Positions 8,478-17,223 of a stretch of DNA of 54,806 nt are shown one piece after another. A program made the translations under genes and the position numbers. This DNA is from Bradyrhizobium sp. Its GTDB lineage: Bacteria > Pseudomonadota > Alphaproteobacteria > Rhizobiales > Xanthobacteraceae. The stretch's first letter is position 1. Every line of letters starts with the position of its first letter. The stretch covers positions 1 through 54,806 of the forward strand of contig NZ_JBAVCF010000417.1 in NCBI RefSeq assembly GCF_049586575.1, written 5' to 3'. A model generated the notes under the pieces. It searched no databases, was not told the origin of the DNA, and saw only the letters and a program-made list of their open reading frames with translations.

Positions 8478-10217
8478 ATGAACTCTGTTGTGCAGTCGGG
8501 CTTCAAGAAGGGCTCAAGCTTTTCCCTTGCCTTTAAGCTGTATTCGATTTTTGCCCTGTTTGCGGTTCTGATCGCAGCCATCACGGTGTTGTCCGACTAC
8601 AACACACGCCGTAACGCCGAACTCATCGAGTCCATCGAAACCGCGAACCAGGCTGCGCTCAATGTCGAGCGTGTCAACTCGCTGGTCTATGCGGTGGTGA
8701 TGGAATCCCGCGGCATCTACATGTCGCCCGAGCTGCCGTTGATTAAAAAGTACGGCGACGGCTTGCATAAATTCAGCGACCAGCTGGTGGGCGTCGTCCA
8801 CAACTGGGAATCCATTGTCCAGGCTGACGACGCCGAACAATTTGCCGCCTTCAAGAAGCGAATTGATCAATTCGTCGAATTCCGCAAGGAACTTGTTCGC
8901 CGCGCGATCGAAATCAGTCACGACGCCGGCCGGGAATGGGGCGACAACTCAGCCAACCGCGACGTGCGCATTGCCCTCAACAAAGATCTGGCGGCGCTTT
9001 CCAAAGTCTACGCGGAGCGCGGCAGGAAAATAGTCCAGGAGTCCACGCTCAACCATCAACTCTCCTTTCTCCTGACTTGCCTCGGCGTACTGGCGCTGGT
9101 GTTGGTAGGCGTCGGCGTCTTCATCATTGCACGCCTGGTGGCGCGTCCGCTTTCGGTGATCACGAGCGCCATCAAGCAAGTCGCGGAAGGTGCGGAGGGC
9201 GTCGAGGTTCCGCATATTCACCGGCAAGACGAAATCGGCGCGCTTGCCCGCGCGATCCAGATCTTCCAGGAATCGATGGATCGCAACCGTGACCTCAATT
9301 CGCAGGCGCTCCTGGATTCCAAGGCGCGCGAAGAGCGCACCCGGCAAATTGAGATTTCAGTAGAAGCGTTCCGTGGCGCGATCGGAAGCGTGCTGGGCGC
9401 GGTAAACGATAATGCTTCCGCCATGCGCGATACCGCGCAGTCGATTTCCGGCGTGGCAGCCGACGCCAGCGGGCGGGCGAACGCCGCGGCGCGGGCGACC
9501 GAACAGGCCTCCAGCAACGTTTTCGCGGTAGCAAGCGCCGCAGAAGAGCTCTCTACCTCGATCGAGGAGATCGGCCGGCAGGTTCGTCAATCGGCGGAAG
9601 TCGTCGAGCAGGCCGGGCAGCGCACCGAAAAATCGGTCGCCGAAATCGAAAGCCTCGCCGCAGCAACTCAACGCATTGACGGCGTGCTTAACCTCATTCA
9701 GGCAATAGCCCAACAAACCAACCTTCTGGCTCTGAACGCCACGATCGAAGCCGCGCGCGCGGGCGAAGCCGGCCGCGGTTTTGCCGTGGTGGCCCATGAA
9801 GTCAAGGCACTCGCCGGCCAGACCGCCAAGGCGACTTCCGAAATCGGCCAGAACGTCAGCTTGATTCAGGCCTCGACGCGAAACGCGGTCGAAGCCGTGC
9901 GCGAAATCGGCACCGCCGTCCGCGAGATCAACGAGGTTACCAGCAACATCGCGGGCGCGGTCGGACAGCAGGATGCGGCCACACGCGAGATTTCGCAAAA
10001 CGCGCAGCTCGCCGCTGACGGCAACTCGACCCTCGTCGCCAATATCGGATCGCTGAGCGAAGCCATCGAGAACACCAACAAGGGCGCCTCGTCGGTCCTC
10101 ACGACGTCGCGCGAACTCGCCTCGACGGCAGAACTGCTATCGCGCGAAGTCGAAAAATTCTTCGGTGATCTGCGCGCCGCAAGCGAGAACTCTCCGCGAA
10201 CCGGCACGAATAACTAG
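8478..10217 (+). CDS. Methyl-accepting chemotaxis protein
   Basis: Two TMs around a helical periplasmic domain, HAMP ([12 protein letters not shown]), signalling hairpin [37 protein letters not shown]. Confidence 0.96.
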   Translation: MNSVVQSGFKKGSSFSLAFKLYSIFALFAVLIAAITVLSDYNTRRNAELIESIETANQAALNVERVNSLVYAVVMESRGIYMSPELPLIKKYGDGLHKFSDQLVGVVHNWESIVQADDAEQFAAFKKRIDQFVEFRKELVRRAIEISHDAGREWGDNSANRDVRIALNKDLAALSKVYAERGRKIVQESTLNHQLSFLLTCLGVLALVLVGVGVFIIARLVARPLSVITSAIKQVAEGAEGVEVPHIHRQDEIGALARAIQIFQESMDRNRDLNSQALLDSKAREERTRQIEISVEAFRGAIGSVLGAVNDNASAMRDTAQSISGVAADASGRANAAARATEQASSNVFAVASAAEELSTSIEEIGRQVRQSAEVVEQAGQRTEKSVAEIESLAAATQRIDGVLNLIQAIAQQTNLLALNATIEAARAGEAGRGFAVVAHEVKALAGQTAKATSEIGQNVSLIQASTRNAVEAVREIGTAVREINEVTSNIAGAVGQQDAATREISQNAQLAADGNSTLVANIGSLSEAIENTNKGASSVLTTSRELASTAELLSREVEKFFGDLRAASENSPRTGTNN

Positions 10218-10254
10218 GGTTCCGCAAGGCGAAAGACGCGCTATCGCGACCTGA

Positions 10255-10286
10255 CCATGCGCTGGACGCATCCGTCCAGCGCATGG
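10255..10286. terminator. Hairpin between convergent genes, probable bidirectional terminator
   Basis: Perfect 14-bp stem CCATGCGCTGGACG-CATC-CGTCCAGCGCATGG; only a weak U-tail. Confidence 0.6.
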
Positions 10287-10315
10287 ATTGGTTTGACGAA
10301 CGCGACGCGAACGTC

Positions 10316-10465
10316 TCAGAACCAGGGATAGATGAACTGAACGCCGCCCACGATGACAAATGCCATCGACATCGCAAGCCCGCTGACGCTGAACATCGCG
10401 ATCTGATTGAAGAGGTTGGTTTCTTTCGCAGTGAACGCGTTGCGCGCGATTGACATTGTTTGCAT
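10316..10465 (-). CDS. Small single-TM protein (49 aa), absent from the ORF track
   Basis: MQTMSIARNAFTAKETNLFNQIAMFSVSGLAMSMAFVIVGGVQFIYPWF*; AGGGGG RBS before ATG; CtrA-like box upstream; hairpin downstream. Confidence 0.7.
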   Translation of the reverse strand: MQTMSIARNAFTAKETNLFNQIAMFSVSGLAMSMAFVIVGGVQFIYPWF

Positions 10466-10580
10466 TTTAGCCCCCTGAAATTTGTTGCATTGCTTCTGCT
10501 TTTCGCAAGAACAAACTTACCGGGTCAGGATGAAAGGGAGCTTACGAACGCTGGTTGAACGCGGCCTGGGAAGAGCAATT

Positions 10581-10596
10581 GTGAAGACTAGGTTAA
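10581..10596 (-). promoter_or_regulatory. CtrA-like box
   Basis: Minus strand TTAA-CCTAGTC-TTCAC versus consensus TTAA-N7-TTAAC. Confidence 0.45.
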
Positions 10597-10790
10597 AGAA
10601 TGACTATCTCAGCTGATCGAAGGCGCAAATTCAGCGTTGCCAAAATCGAAGCTTTCGCGCTTGCGCCGCGGGTATGATGAAGCCGACAATCTTCGAGTGG
10701 CGACGACATGGCCCGCATTGGTGAGTGACAACAAGGCCATTGCATCGGAAGCGGCGTCAATCCGCATGCAAGGCGGGCGGTTGAAGGGAG

Positions 10791-10895
10791 CTAAAGCATG
10801 ATCCGGAAAGGTGCTAGCGGTTTTCCGAAAGAAATCACGCGCAATCAAAAAATTAAGGCGCGATGACGATTCATCCAAACCTCGTCGCGCTTTAG
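10791..10895. repeat. RIME-like mosaic palindromic element
   Basis: Terminal inverted repeats CTAAAGC...GCTTTAG; modules GCATGATCCGGAAAG...TTTTCCGAAAG and GCGCGATGACGATTCATCC...TCGTCGCGC; the right end overlaps the TAA of the MCP gene. Confidence 0.8.
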
Positions 10896-12592
10896 GCGGC
10901 CCGGACGGTAGCGAGGAATTTCACTACTTCAGCCTTCAGGCGCTTGTTTTCCTCAGAAAGCAATTGAGCCGACGAAAGCACCTGGGCAGACGCGGAGCCA
11001 GTATCGCCCGCGCGGCGGTCGACGTCCGCGATACTGCTGGCTACCTGCGAGGAGCCAACGGCCGCCTGCTGCACGCTGCGGGCGATTTCATGGGTCGCTG
11101 CGCCCTGCTCCTCGATGGCGGCCGCAATCGCGGCGGCGATTTCGGATACTCGCCCAATCGTGCCGCTGATCTCCTTGATCGCCAGCACCGAATCTTGAGT
11201 TGCCGTCTGCATTCCGGCGATCTGCGTACTGATCTCGCTGGTGGCCTTGGCGGTCTGAGCGGCGAGCGCCTTGACCTCTTGGGCTACCACCGCAAAGCCC
11301 CGGCCAGCTTCGCCGGCCCGGGCCGCTTCGATGGTTGCGTTGAGGGCCAGCAGGTTGGTTTGCTCGGCAATCGTGGTAATCAATTGAGTAACATCACCGA
11401 TACGGCCTGCCGCGAGAGACAGTTCAGCAATACGCGCGTCGGCTTTTTCGGCCTGGTTGACCGCTTCTTTCGCGATCCTGTTGGATTCCGTGACCTGGCG
11501 TCCAATTTCACCGACGGAACTGGACATTTCTTCCGTTGCCGCCGCAACCGACTGCACGTTGCTGGAGGTTTCCTCGGAGGCGCCCGCCACAACCGTGCTG
11601 AGTTCTTGTGTCGCCGAGCTGCTCTTGGTCAGGATGACGGCCGAGTTCTCCAGCTCGCCCGACGCAGTGCCCACCTTCTCAATGATATTGCCGACAGCGG
11701 TCTCGAAAATCTCCGCCAGATTGTGAAGCTCGGAGCGTCGGGTCAGCGCCAGTTCGCGATTCTTTTCTTCACGTTCCGAGGTCTCCCGCTCAGCCTTGGC
11801 AATAGCCTGTGCCTTGAAATCCTGGATCGCACGAGCCATCTGTCCAACTTCATCCCCGCGAGTCAGCCCCGGCAGGTCAACGTCAAAATTCCCGACCGCC
11901 AGTTCGTGCAACGCCTTTGACATCGCGACCACCGGGCGAGAAATGCTCCTGCCGATCAAAAACGAAGCGACGATGCCTGAAAATGCCACGATCAGCAGGA
12001 CCAATGTCAGCATCAACTGCTGCCGATCAAGCTTCATCCCGGCACGGGCAATCTCGCGATCCTTACTATCGGAGCTGCGTGTGATCAGATCGTCGGTCAG
12101 CTTCGCTATTTCGATGAAATTTCGCTCGGCGCCCTTGATGAACAAGAGCGCCGATCCGGCGTCGCCGTCGGCCATTTCGATCGCGTTCTTCGCCTGCTTG
12201 AGATAGCCCGAAACGGCGGCGTTGAGCTGTTCCAGTTTCGCCGGCTTGGATTCGCCTTGAACGGCTTCGACGGCCTTCAGGGCGTCGGAGATCTTTGCGG
12301 CGGAGGTCGACGCCTCCTTGGCGAAAGCCGCAATCTTCTTTTCGTCCTGTTCACTCGACGCAGTTGCCGCCAGACGATACAGCTTGGCATACGAAATCCA
12401 GGCCGCGGCAGTGAGATCGTTCGCAAGTTCCGATTGACGCACGGGCCCCGAGAAAAGCGCGTCGACGGCCGCCTGATTGGATCGCAGCGCCATCAAGGCA
12501 TAGACGCCAACGCCGATCAAAACAAGCACCAACAGGGCGGGCGCGAACTGAACTTTCCAGGACAGTCCGACGTTTCTGATCCAGCCGAACAT
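10892..12592 (-). CDS. Methyl-accepting chemotaxis protein
   Basis: Two TMs, helical-bundle periplasmic domain, HAMP (RGDEVGQMARAI), [37 protein letters not shown]. Confidence 0.96.
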   Translation of the reverse strand: MFGWIRNVGLSWKVQFAPALLVLVLIGVGVYALMALRSNQAAVDALFSGPVRQSELANDLTAAAWISYAKLYRLAATASSEQDEKKIAAFAKEASTSAAKISDALKAVEAVQGESKPAKLEQLNAAVSGYLKQAKNAIEMADGDAGSALLFIKGAERNFIEIAKLTDDLITRSSDSKDREIARAGMKLDRQQLMLTLVLLIVAFSGIVASFLIGRSISRPVVAMSKALHELAVGNFDVDLPGLTRGDEVGQMARAIQDFKAQAIAKAERETSEREEKNRELALTRRSELHNLAEIFETAVGNIIEKVGTASGELENSAVILTKSSSATQELSTVVAGASEETSSNVQSVAAATEEMSSSVGEIGRQVTESNRIAKEAVNQAEKADARIAELSLAAGRIGDVTQLITTIAEQTNLLALNATIEAARAGEAGRGFAVVAQEVKALAAQTAKATSEISTQIAGMQTATQDSVLAIKEISGTIGRVSEIAAAIAAAIEEQGAATHEIARSVQQAAVGSSQVASSIADVDRRAGDTGSASAQVLSSAQLLSEENKRLKAEVVKFLATVRAA

Positions 12593-12639
12593 GTGAACCC
12601 TTCAAATACAACGATCGCGAACAGAATGACTATCGAGCG

Positions 12640-13101
12640 TCAGGACTTGTAGATGCCTGCACACACCGCGGTATTGTCCAGCTTTTCGCAGTACATTTCC
12701 TTGGGCTCGACCTTTTTGGTCACCGGATTGACGAACTTGTAGTCTTGCCAGAACGATGCTTGCTTGCCAGCGAGTTCGACGCGCTCCTTGACGTAGAGCT
12801 TGCCGTCGACGTCCTGTGCATCGCTCATGTCCTTGCCGATAAATTTCTGGTTCGATCCGTGCGCCAGCACTTTGCCGTCGAGCTGATAGACCACGACATA
12901 CAAATCGCGATCGTGGAACTGGCTGGCCTTATCGTCGATCACGGGGTAAGCCTTATCGGGACCCTGTTCTTTGATGAACGCGACGGCTTTCTTGACCATA
13001 GCGACGGCGTCATCCTTGGTTTCGCCGCTACCGGCCGCAAAGGCTCCGGTAAAGGTCAACGTGGTGAAAAGGGCGACAATCAGTGGCTTTCCTCGGCGCA
13101 T
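12640..13101 (-). CDS. Stand-alone periplasmic single-Cache (sCache_2-like) protein
   Basis: Signal peptide ending AFA; AVAMVKKAV...FHDRDLYVVVY...VLAHG...DAQDVDGKLY...WQDYKFVNP...PKEMY...AGIY; no TM or output domain. Confidence 0.9.
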   Translation of the reverse strand: MRRGKPLIVALFTTLTFTGAFAAGSGETKDDAVAMVKKAVAFIKEQGPDKAYPVIDDKASQFHDRDLYVVVYQLDGKVLAHGSNQKFIGKDMSDAQDVDGKLYVKERVELAGKQASFWQDYKFVNPVTKKVEPKEMYCEKLDNTAVCAGIYKS

Positions 13102-13164
13102 GTTCAATTTCCGCTCCATTGATGGTATGACTCTACGGTCACCAACAAGGAGTGTCACAAAAGA

Positions 13165-13180
13165 GTGAACGGCTCGTTAA
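13165..13180 (-). promoter_or_regulatory. CtrA-like box upstream of the Cache-MCP pair
   Basis: Minus strand TTAA-CGAGCCG-TTCAC, the same variant as at 10581-10596. Confidence 0.5.
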
Positions 13181-13208
13181 GCTTTTCCAAAGGGAGTGAA
13201 AACCTTGG

Positions 13209-13223
13209 TATCGTAATACGATA
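13209..13223. promoter_or_regulatory. Perfect palindrome, candidate operator
   Basis: TATCGTA-A-TACGATA upstream of the Cache gene. Confidence 0.45.
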
Positions 13224-13302
13224 TAAACTTGGTCACGCAAGCAGCAGGAAGGGCGAAGCGAAGCCAGGACGTTAGCGCAAGGTTTGGCAGGGAAGTCGGG
13301 CG

Positions 13303-13338
13303 GGTTCGGCCGCGTAGTCCGCACTGTGCGGCCGAACC
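13303..13338. terminator. GC-rich hairpin downstream of the UxaA-family gene
   Basis: GGTTCGGCCGC-N14-GCGGCCGAACC; no clear U-tract. Confidence 0.35.
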
Positions 13339-13439
13339 GGTCATCAACTCACCGGTCTTTTCGGAAAAGACCGAAGCCTGCAAGCCGACTCCACTTCCGC
13401 ATCCTATTCGGTAAATCTGGCCGGGAGGACGGGACGTCG

Positions 13440-14963
13440 CTACATCGTCGCGCCAAGCACCCAGGGCGCGAATTCGGCGCCTCCAAAATCAAAGCTCTCG
13501 CTCTTGGTCGGCTGGCCCGAGGCGGTCCTCAACATCAGGTCGAAAATCCGCTGGCCGCATTGCTGCACCGTCTCCTCGCCGTCGAGGATGGTGCCGCAGT
13601 TGACATCCATGTCGTCTTCCATGCGCTTGTACATGGACGTGTTGGTCGCGATCTTGATCGAGGGCGCGGGCTTGCAGCCGAATACGCTGCCGCGGCCGGT
13701 GGTGAAGCAAACGAGATTGGCGCCTCCCGCCACCTGACCGGTGGCTGCGACCGGGTCGTAGCCGGGCGTGTCCATAAAGACGAAACCCTTCTTGGTCACC
13801 GCTTCTGCATAATTGACGACGTCGACGAGATCAGTGCTGCCAGCCTTCGCCATCGCTCCCAACGACTTCTCCAGGATGGTGGTCAGCCCGCCGGCCTTGT
13901 TGCCCGGACTGGGATTGGCATCCATTTCGGCGCCTTCGCGCGCGGTGTATTCCTTCCACCAGCGCATCAGCGCCACCAGTTTCTCGCCGACCTCGCGGCT
14001 GACCGCGCGCCGGGTCAGCAGATGTTCGGCGCCATAGGTTTCCGGCGTCTCCGAAAGAATGACCGTCCCGCCGTGCCGAACGAGAAGATCGCTCGCAGCG
14101 CCGAGCGCGGGGTTCGCCGAGATGCCGGAATAGCCGTCCGAACCACCACATTGCAACGCTACCGTCAACTCGCTCGCCGGCACCGGCTCGCGCTTGACCT
14201 TGTTGGCATCGGTCAACGCCTCGCGCACAAAGGCAACGCCGGCCTCAACCGTCTTGCGGGTGCCGCCAATTTCCTGAATTTCGAGTTCGCGCAGGCGTCC
14301 GGCGAGTTTCTGCTCCTGCATCAACCCCCCGATCTGATTGACTTCGCAGCCCAAGCCCAACACGACGACGGCGGAAAAATTGACGTGCCGCGCGTAGCCG
14401 CCAAGCGTCCGGCGCAACAAAGTCAGCGGCTCGTTTTGCGTCATGCCGCAGCCGGTCTTGTGCGTGAGCGCCACCACGCCGTCGACGTTAGGAAAATCGG
14501 CGAGCGGATTGTCGCCGGTGAATGGATTTTTCTTGAAGACATCCGCCACCATGCCGGCCACATGCGCGCTGCAATTCACTGATGTGAGGATGCCGATATA
14601 GTTGCGGGTGGCGACCCGCCCGTCAGGACGGCGAATGCCCGCGAACGTCGCAGGCAAATCGAAGTTGGGCACCGGCTTCACATCGACGCCGAACGCATAG
14701 TCTTTAGCGAAATCGCCCATGCCGCAATTCTGGGTGTGAACGTGCTGACCCGGCGAAATCGGCTGCGTCGCAAACCCGATGATCTGGCCGTAGCGGCGGA
14801 TCGGCTCGCCGACGCCGATCGCGCGTATAGCCACCTTGTGGCCGGCCGGAATGCGTTCGACCGTGGTGACGCCGTCGGCAACCACCAGGCCCGCCGGCAA
14901 GCTTGATCGCGCGATCAGCACGCCATCGTCGGGATGCAGGCGAATGACGGGAGCTGGGGACAT
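13440..14963 (-). CDS. UxaA/GarD-family dehydratase (SAF plus catalytic domain)
   Basis: IPAGHKVA, HVHTQNC, RNYIGILTSVNCSAHV, LQCGGSDGYSG, NPSPGNKAGGLTTILEKSLGA, FTTGRGS. Confidence 0.92.
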   Translation of the reverse strand: MSPAPVIRLHPDDGVLIARSSLPAGLVVADGVTTVERIPAGHKVAIRAIGVGEPIRRYGQIIGFATQPISPGQHVHTQNCGMGDFAKDYAFGVDVKPVPNFDLPATFAGIRRPDGRVATRNYIGILTSVNCSAHVAGMVADVFKKNPFTGDNPLADFPNVDGVVALTHKTGCGMTQNEPLTLLRRTLGGYARHVNFSAVVVLGLGCEVNQIGGLMQEQKLAGRLRELEIQEIGGTRKTVEAGVAFVREALTDANKVKREPVPASELTVALQCGGSDGYSGISANPALGAASDLLVRHGGTVILSETPETYGAEHLLTRRAVSREVGEKLVALMRWWKEYTAREGAEMDANPSPGNKAGGLTTILEKSLGAMAKAGSTDLVDVVNYAEAVTKKGFVFMDTPGYDPVAATGQVAGGANLVCFTTGRGSVFGCKPAPSIKIATNTSMYKRMEDDMDVNCGTILDGEETVQQCGQRIFDLMLRTASGQPTKSESFDFGGAEFAPWVLGATM

Positions 14964-14983
14964 CGGCGTCTCCTATAAGATGA

Positions 14984-15040
14984 GCGAATAGTGAGTGGCG
15001 AGCAGCGAATGGACTTGCCCATTCGCTACCCGCTATTCGC
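14984..15040. repeat. Degenerate heptamer repeat arranged as an inverted array
   Basis: GCGAATA GTGAGTG GCGAGCA GCGAATG facing CATTCGC TACCCGC TATTCGC. Confidence 0.6.
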
Positions 15041-15042
15041 CT

Positions 15043-15819
15043 TCAGGCCTTGCCGCCCGACTCCTTGCGGGTCTGCGCGATCTGCATCCGCGCATAAGTG
15101 GCCATCAATCCCACTTCGTTGAACAGCGTCACCAACTTGAATCCCATGTTGATCGCGCGCAGCGCGCCATCGGCGCCGGAGCAGTGAATGCCGGGATGAA
15201 GCCCGCGCTTATCGCATTCCTTGACGATTTTCTCGTAGATCTTGAGGATCTCCGGCTCGTCGCGATCGAGCTTCGGCACCAGCCCGTAGGAGAAGCCGAG
15301 ATCGGACGGCCCGATATAGACACCATTGATGCCTTCGACGTCGAGGATCGCGTCCATGTTGCCGATCGCCGTCCTGGTCTCCATCATCGGCAACAGCACG
15401 ATCTCATCATTGGCAGTCTTCTGATAGCTGCCGGCCGTGCCATACAGGCCAGCGCGGATCGGGCCGTTCGAGCGCGTGCCAACAGGCGGATATTTGCTGT
15501 AGGCCACCAGGTTCTTGGCCTCTTGCGGCGTGTTGATCATCGGGCAAATGACACCGTAGGCGCCGCCATCGAGCACCTTGCCGATGATGCCCGGCTCGTT
15601 CCAAGGCACCCGGACCATCGGCGTCACCGGATGGGCGTGCATGGCCTGGAAACATTGCACCATCGAAAGATAATCCTGCACGCCGTGCTGCATGTCGACG
15701 GTGACGCTGTCGAAGCCGCATTGCGCGATCACCTCGGCCGAGAAGCCGGACGGGATCGCAAGCCAGGCGTTCACGACCACCTTACCCGATGCCCATATTT
15801 CCTTGATCTTGTTTGCCAT
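15043..15819 (-). CDS. HpcH/HpaI-family class II aldolase
   Basis: GFDSVTVDMQHG, PMVRVPWN, VLDGGAYGVICPMI, YIGPSDL; AAGGAAGGA RBS before tandem ATGs (15822/15819). Confidence 0.92.
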   Translation of the reverse strand: MANKIKEIWASGKVVVNAWLAIPSGFSAEVIAQCGFDSVTVDMQHGVQDYLSMVQCFQAMHAHPVTPMVRVPWNEPGIIGKVLDGGAYGVICPMINTPQEAKNLVAYSKYPPVGTRSNGPIRAGLYGTAGSYQKTANDEIVLLPMMETRTAIGNMDAILDVEGINGVYIGPSDLGFSYGLVPKLDRDEPEILKIYEKIVKECDKRGLHPGIHCSGADGALRAINMGFKLVTLFNEVGLMATYARMQIAQTRKESGGKA

Positions 15820-15940
15820 CATTCCTTCCTTTGCAAATCGTTTCGTCAAATGCCGCTTGGCCGCGAGGCCTTTCAGCAAACCTCATGCCCGCTTGTAGCC
15901 CCGAATGACGGCCTTGGCTCGCGAAGATCGCGCATTACTG

Positions 15941-16096
15941 GTGCGGCGAATTTGAAGTTCCTGTCAGGATGGCGGTAGGTTCGTAATAGGGACTTCAAAT
16001 TCAAAGCCGCACAAACATATTGCAGAGCTGCTTTGATTCCGGAGTTCGCATCAGAGGTCGCCGCAATCATTTGCGAACTTCGGAATAGGAGCTCTG
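15941..16096. repeat. Two-module palindromic element overlapping the 3' end of the Ldh_2 gene
   Basis: Module 1: GTGCGGC-GAATTTGAAGT...ACTTCAAATTC-aaa-GCCGCAC (15941-16012). Module 2: AGAGCT..ATTCCGGAGTTCGCA...TGCGAACTTCGGAAT..AGCTCT (16024-16095). Confidence 0.75.
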
Positions 16097-17176
16097 GGCT
16101 GCCCTCTGGATGCTTGCCTCGCCGACCCCGACCTCGCGGGCGGTGTTGACGATCGCGGCCCAGGTATCGTCCGGCAGCGGAATGCCGTTTTTGGTGCGCT
16201 CGGCGCGCGTCTTGCGCTCGGCATCGCCGGGGATCATGACCGGCCCGCCGCCGGCCACCGGCTTGGTCTCGCGGATGAAGTCGACGTAACGGGAAATCTC
16301 GCCATCGAAGAAATGCGCGGGATCGACCACCTTGGGGTCGATATAGAAGGCGAGCATGCCGTTGGCGAAGCGCCGGTTGGGCGCGGTCGCCCCTGTCCCG
16401 GTCAGCGCGCCGCCGAGCAGTTCGCAGATGAACGCCAACCCCGAACCCTTGTGCTCGCCGAAAGCGCGGATCGCGCCGGTACCCTTGGTGTGATCGCGCG
16501 GACCATCTGACGTGTAAGGACCGTAGAGCACGTGCGGGTCCTCGCTCAACGTGCCGTCGGCATCGATCAGCGCGCCCTTGGGCAGTTTCTTGCCGCCGCG
16601 GCTTGCGACCAGGCATTTGCCTTCGGCGACGATCGAGGTGGCAAAATCGAGCACGATCGGATCCTGACCCTCACGCGGAACGCCAACGCAATAAGGCGCG
16701 GTCGACAACCGCTTCTCGACGCCGCCATAAGGCGCGACCAGAAGCGAGCCGGCCGCATTGACGAAATGCACGGAGACCAGGCCTTCGGCGGCCGCCATCT
16801 CGGCCCAGTCGCCGACTCGGCCGATATGTCCGGCGTTACGCAAAGCGACCGCGGCAAGCCCCGCCTTCTTGCATTTTTCGATCCCGATCCGCACCGCCTC
16901 CGGCGCCACGGTCTGTCCGTAGCCGAATTTGCCATCCACCACCGCCAATGACGGCGTATCGACCACAAGCTCCGCAGTCTGGTTCGGGATGACCGAACCC
17001 ATCTTCTTCCACCTGATGTAGACGGGCACGCGGATCACGCCATGGCTGTCATGCCCGGTGAGGTTCGCGGTCGTCAGATAGGTCGCGATTCGCCGCGCTT
17101 CCTCTGAGGCCGATTCAGCGTGATTAAAAACATCCGCAACAAAATCGATGAGATGTGGAACCTGTATCGTGACCAT
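16067..17176 (-). CDS. Ldh_2-family (malate/lactate/ureidoglycolate-type) hydroxyacid dehydrogenase
   Basis: ANLTGHDSHGVIR, VDGKFGYGQ, GHIGRVGDWAE, LDFATSIVAEGK, FGEHKGSGL, IPGD. Confidence 0.93.
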   Translation of the reverse strand: MVTIQVPHLIDFVADVFNHAESASEEARRIATYLTTANLTGHDSHGVIRVPVYIRWKKMGSVIPNQTAELVVDTPSLAVVDGKFGYGQTVAPEAVRIGIEKCKKAGLAAVALRNAGHIGRVGDWAEMAAAEGLVSVHFVNAAGSLLVAPYGGVEKRLSTAPYCVGVPREGQDPIVLDFATSIVAEGKCLVASRGGKKLPKGALIDADGTLSEDPHVLYGPYTSDGPRDHTKGTGAIRAFGEHKGSGLAFICELLGGALTGTGATAPNRRFANGMLAFYIDPKVVDPAHFFDGEISRYVDFIRETKPVAGGGPVMIPGDAERKTRAERTKNGIPLPDDTWAAIVNTAREVGVGEASIQRAAQSSYSEVRK

Positions 17177-17223
17177 TTCAACTGTCGCTCTTCCTGGTTT
17201 GGCGTTTGTCTTGTCGTGACGCG

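Noticed and set aside
10609..10878. 89-aa minus-strand ORF
   Set aside because: Starts inside the RIME-like element and has no protein features.
15043..15819. Calling the aldolase hpaI
   Set aside because: It lies in a different unit, between the Ldh_2 and UxaA genes; family membership alone is not enough.
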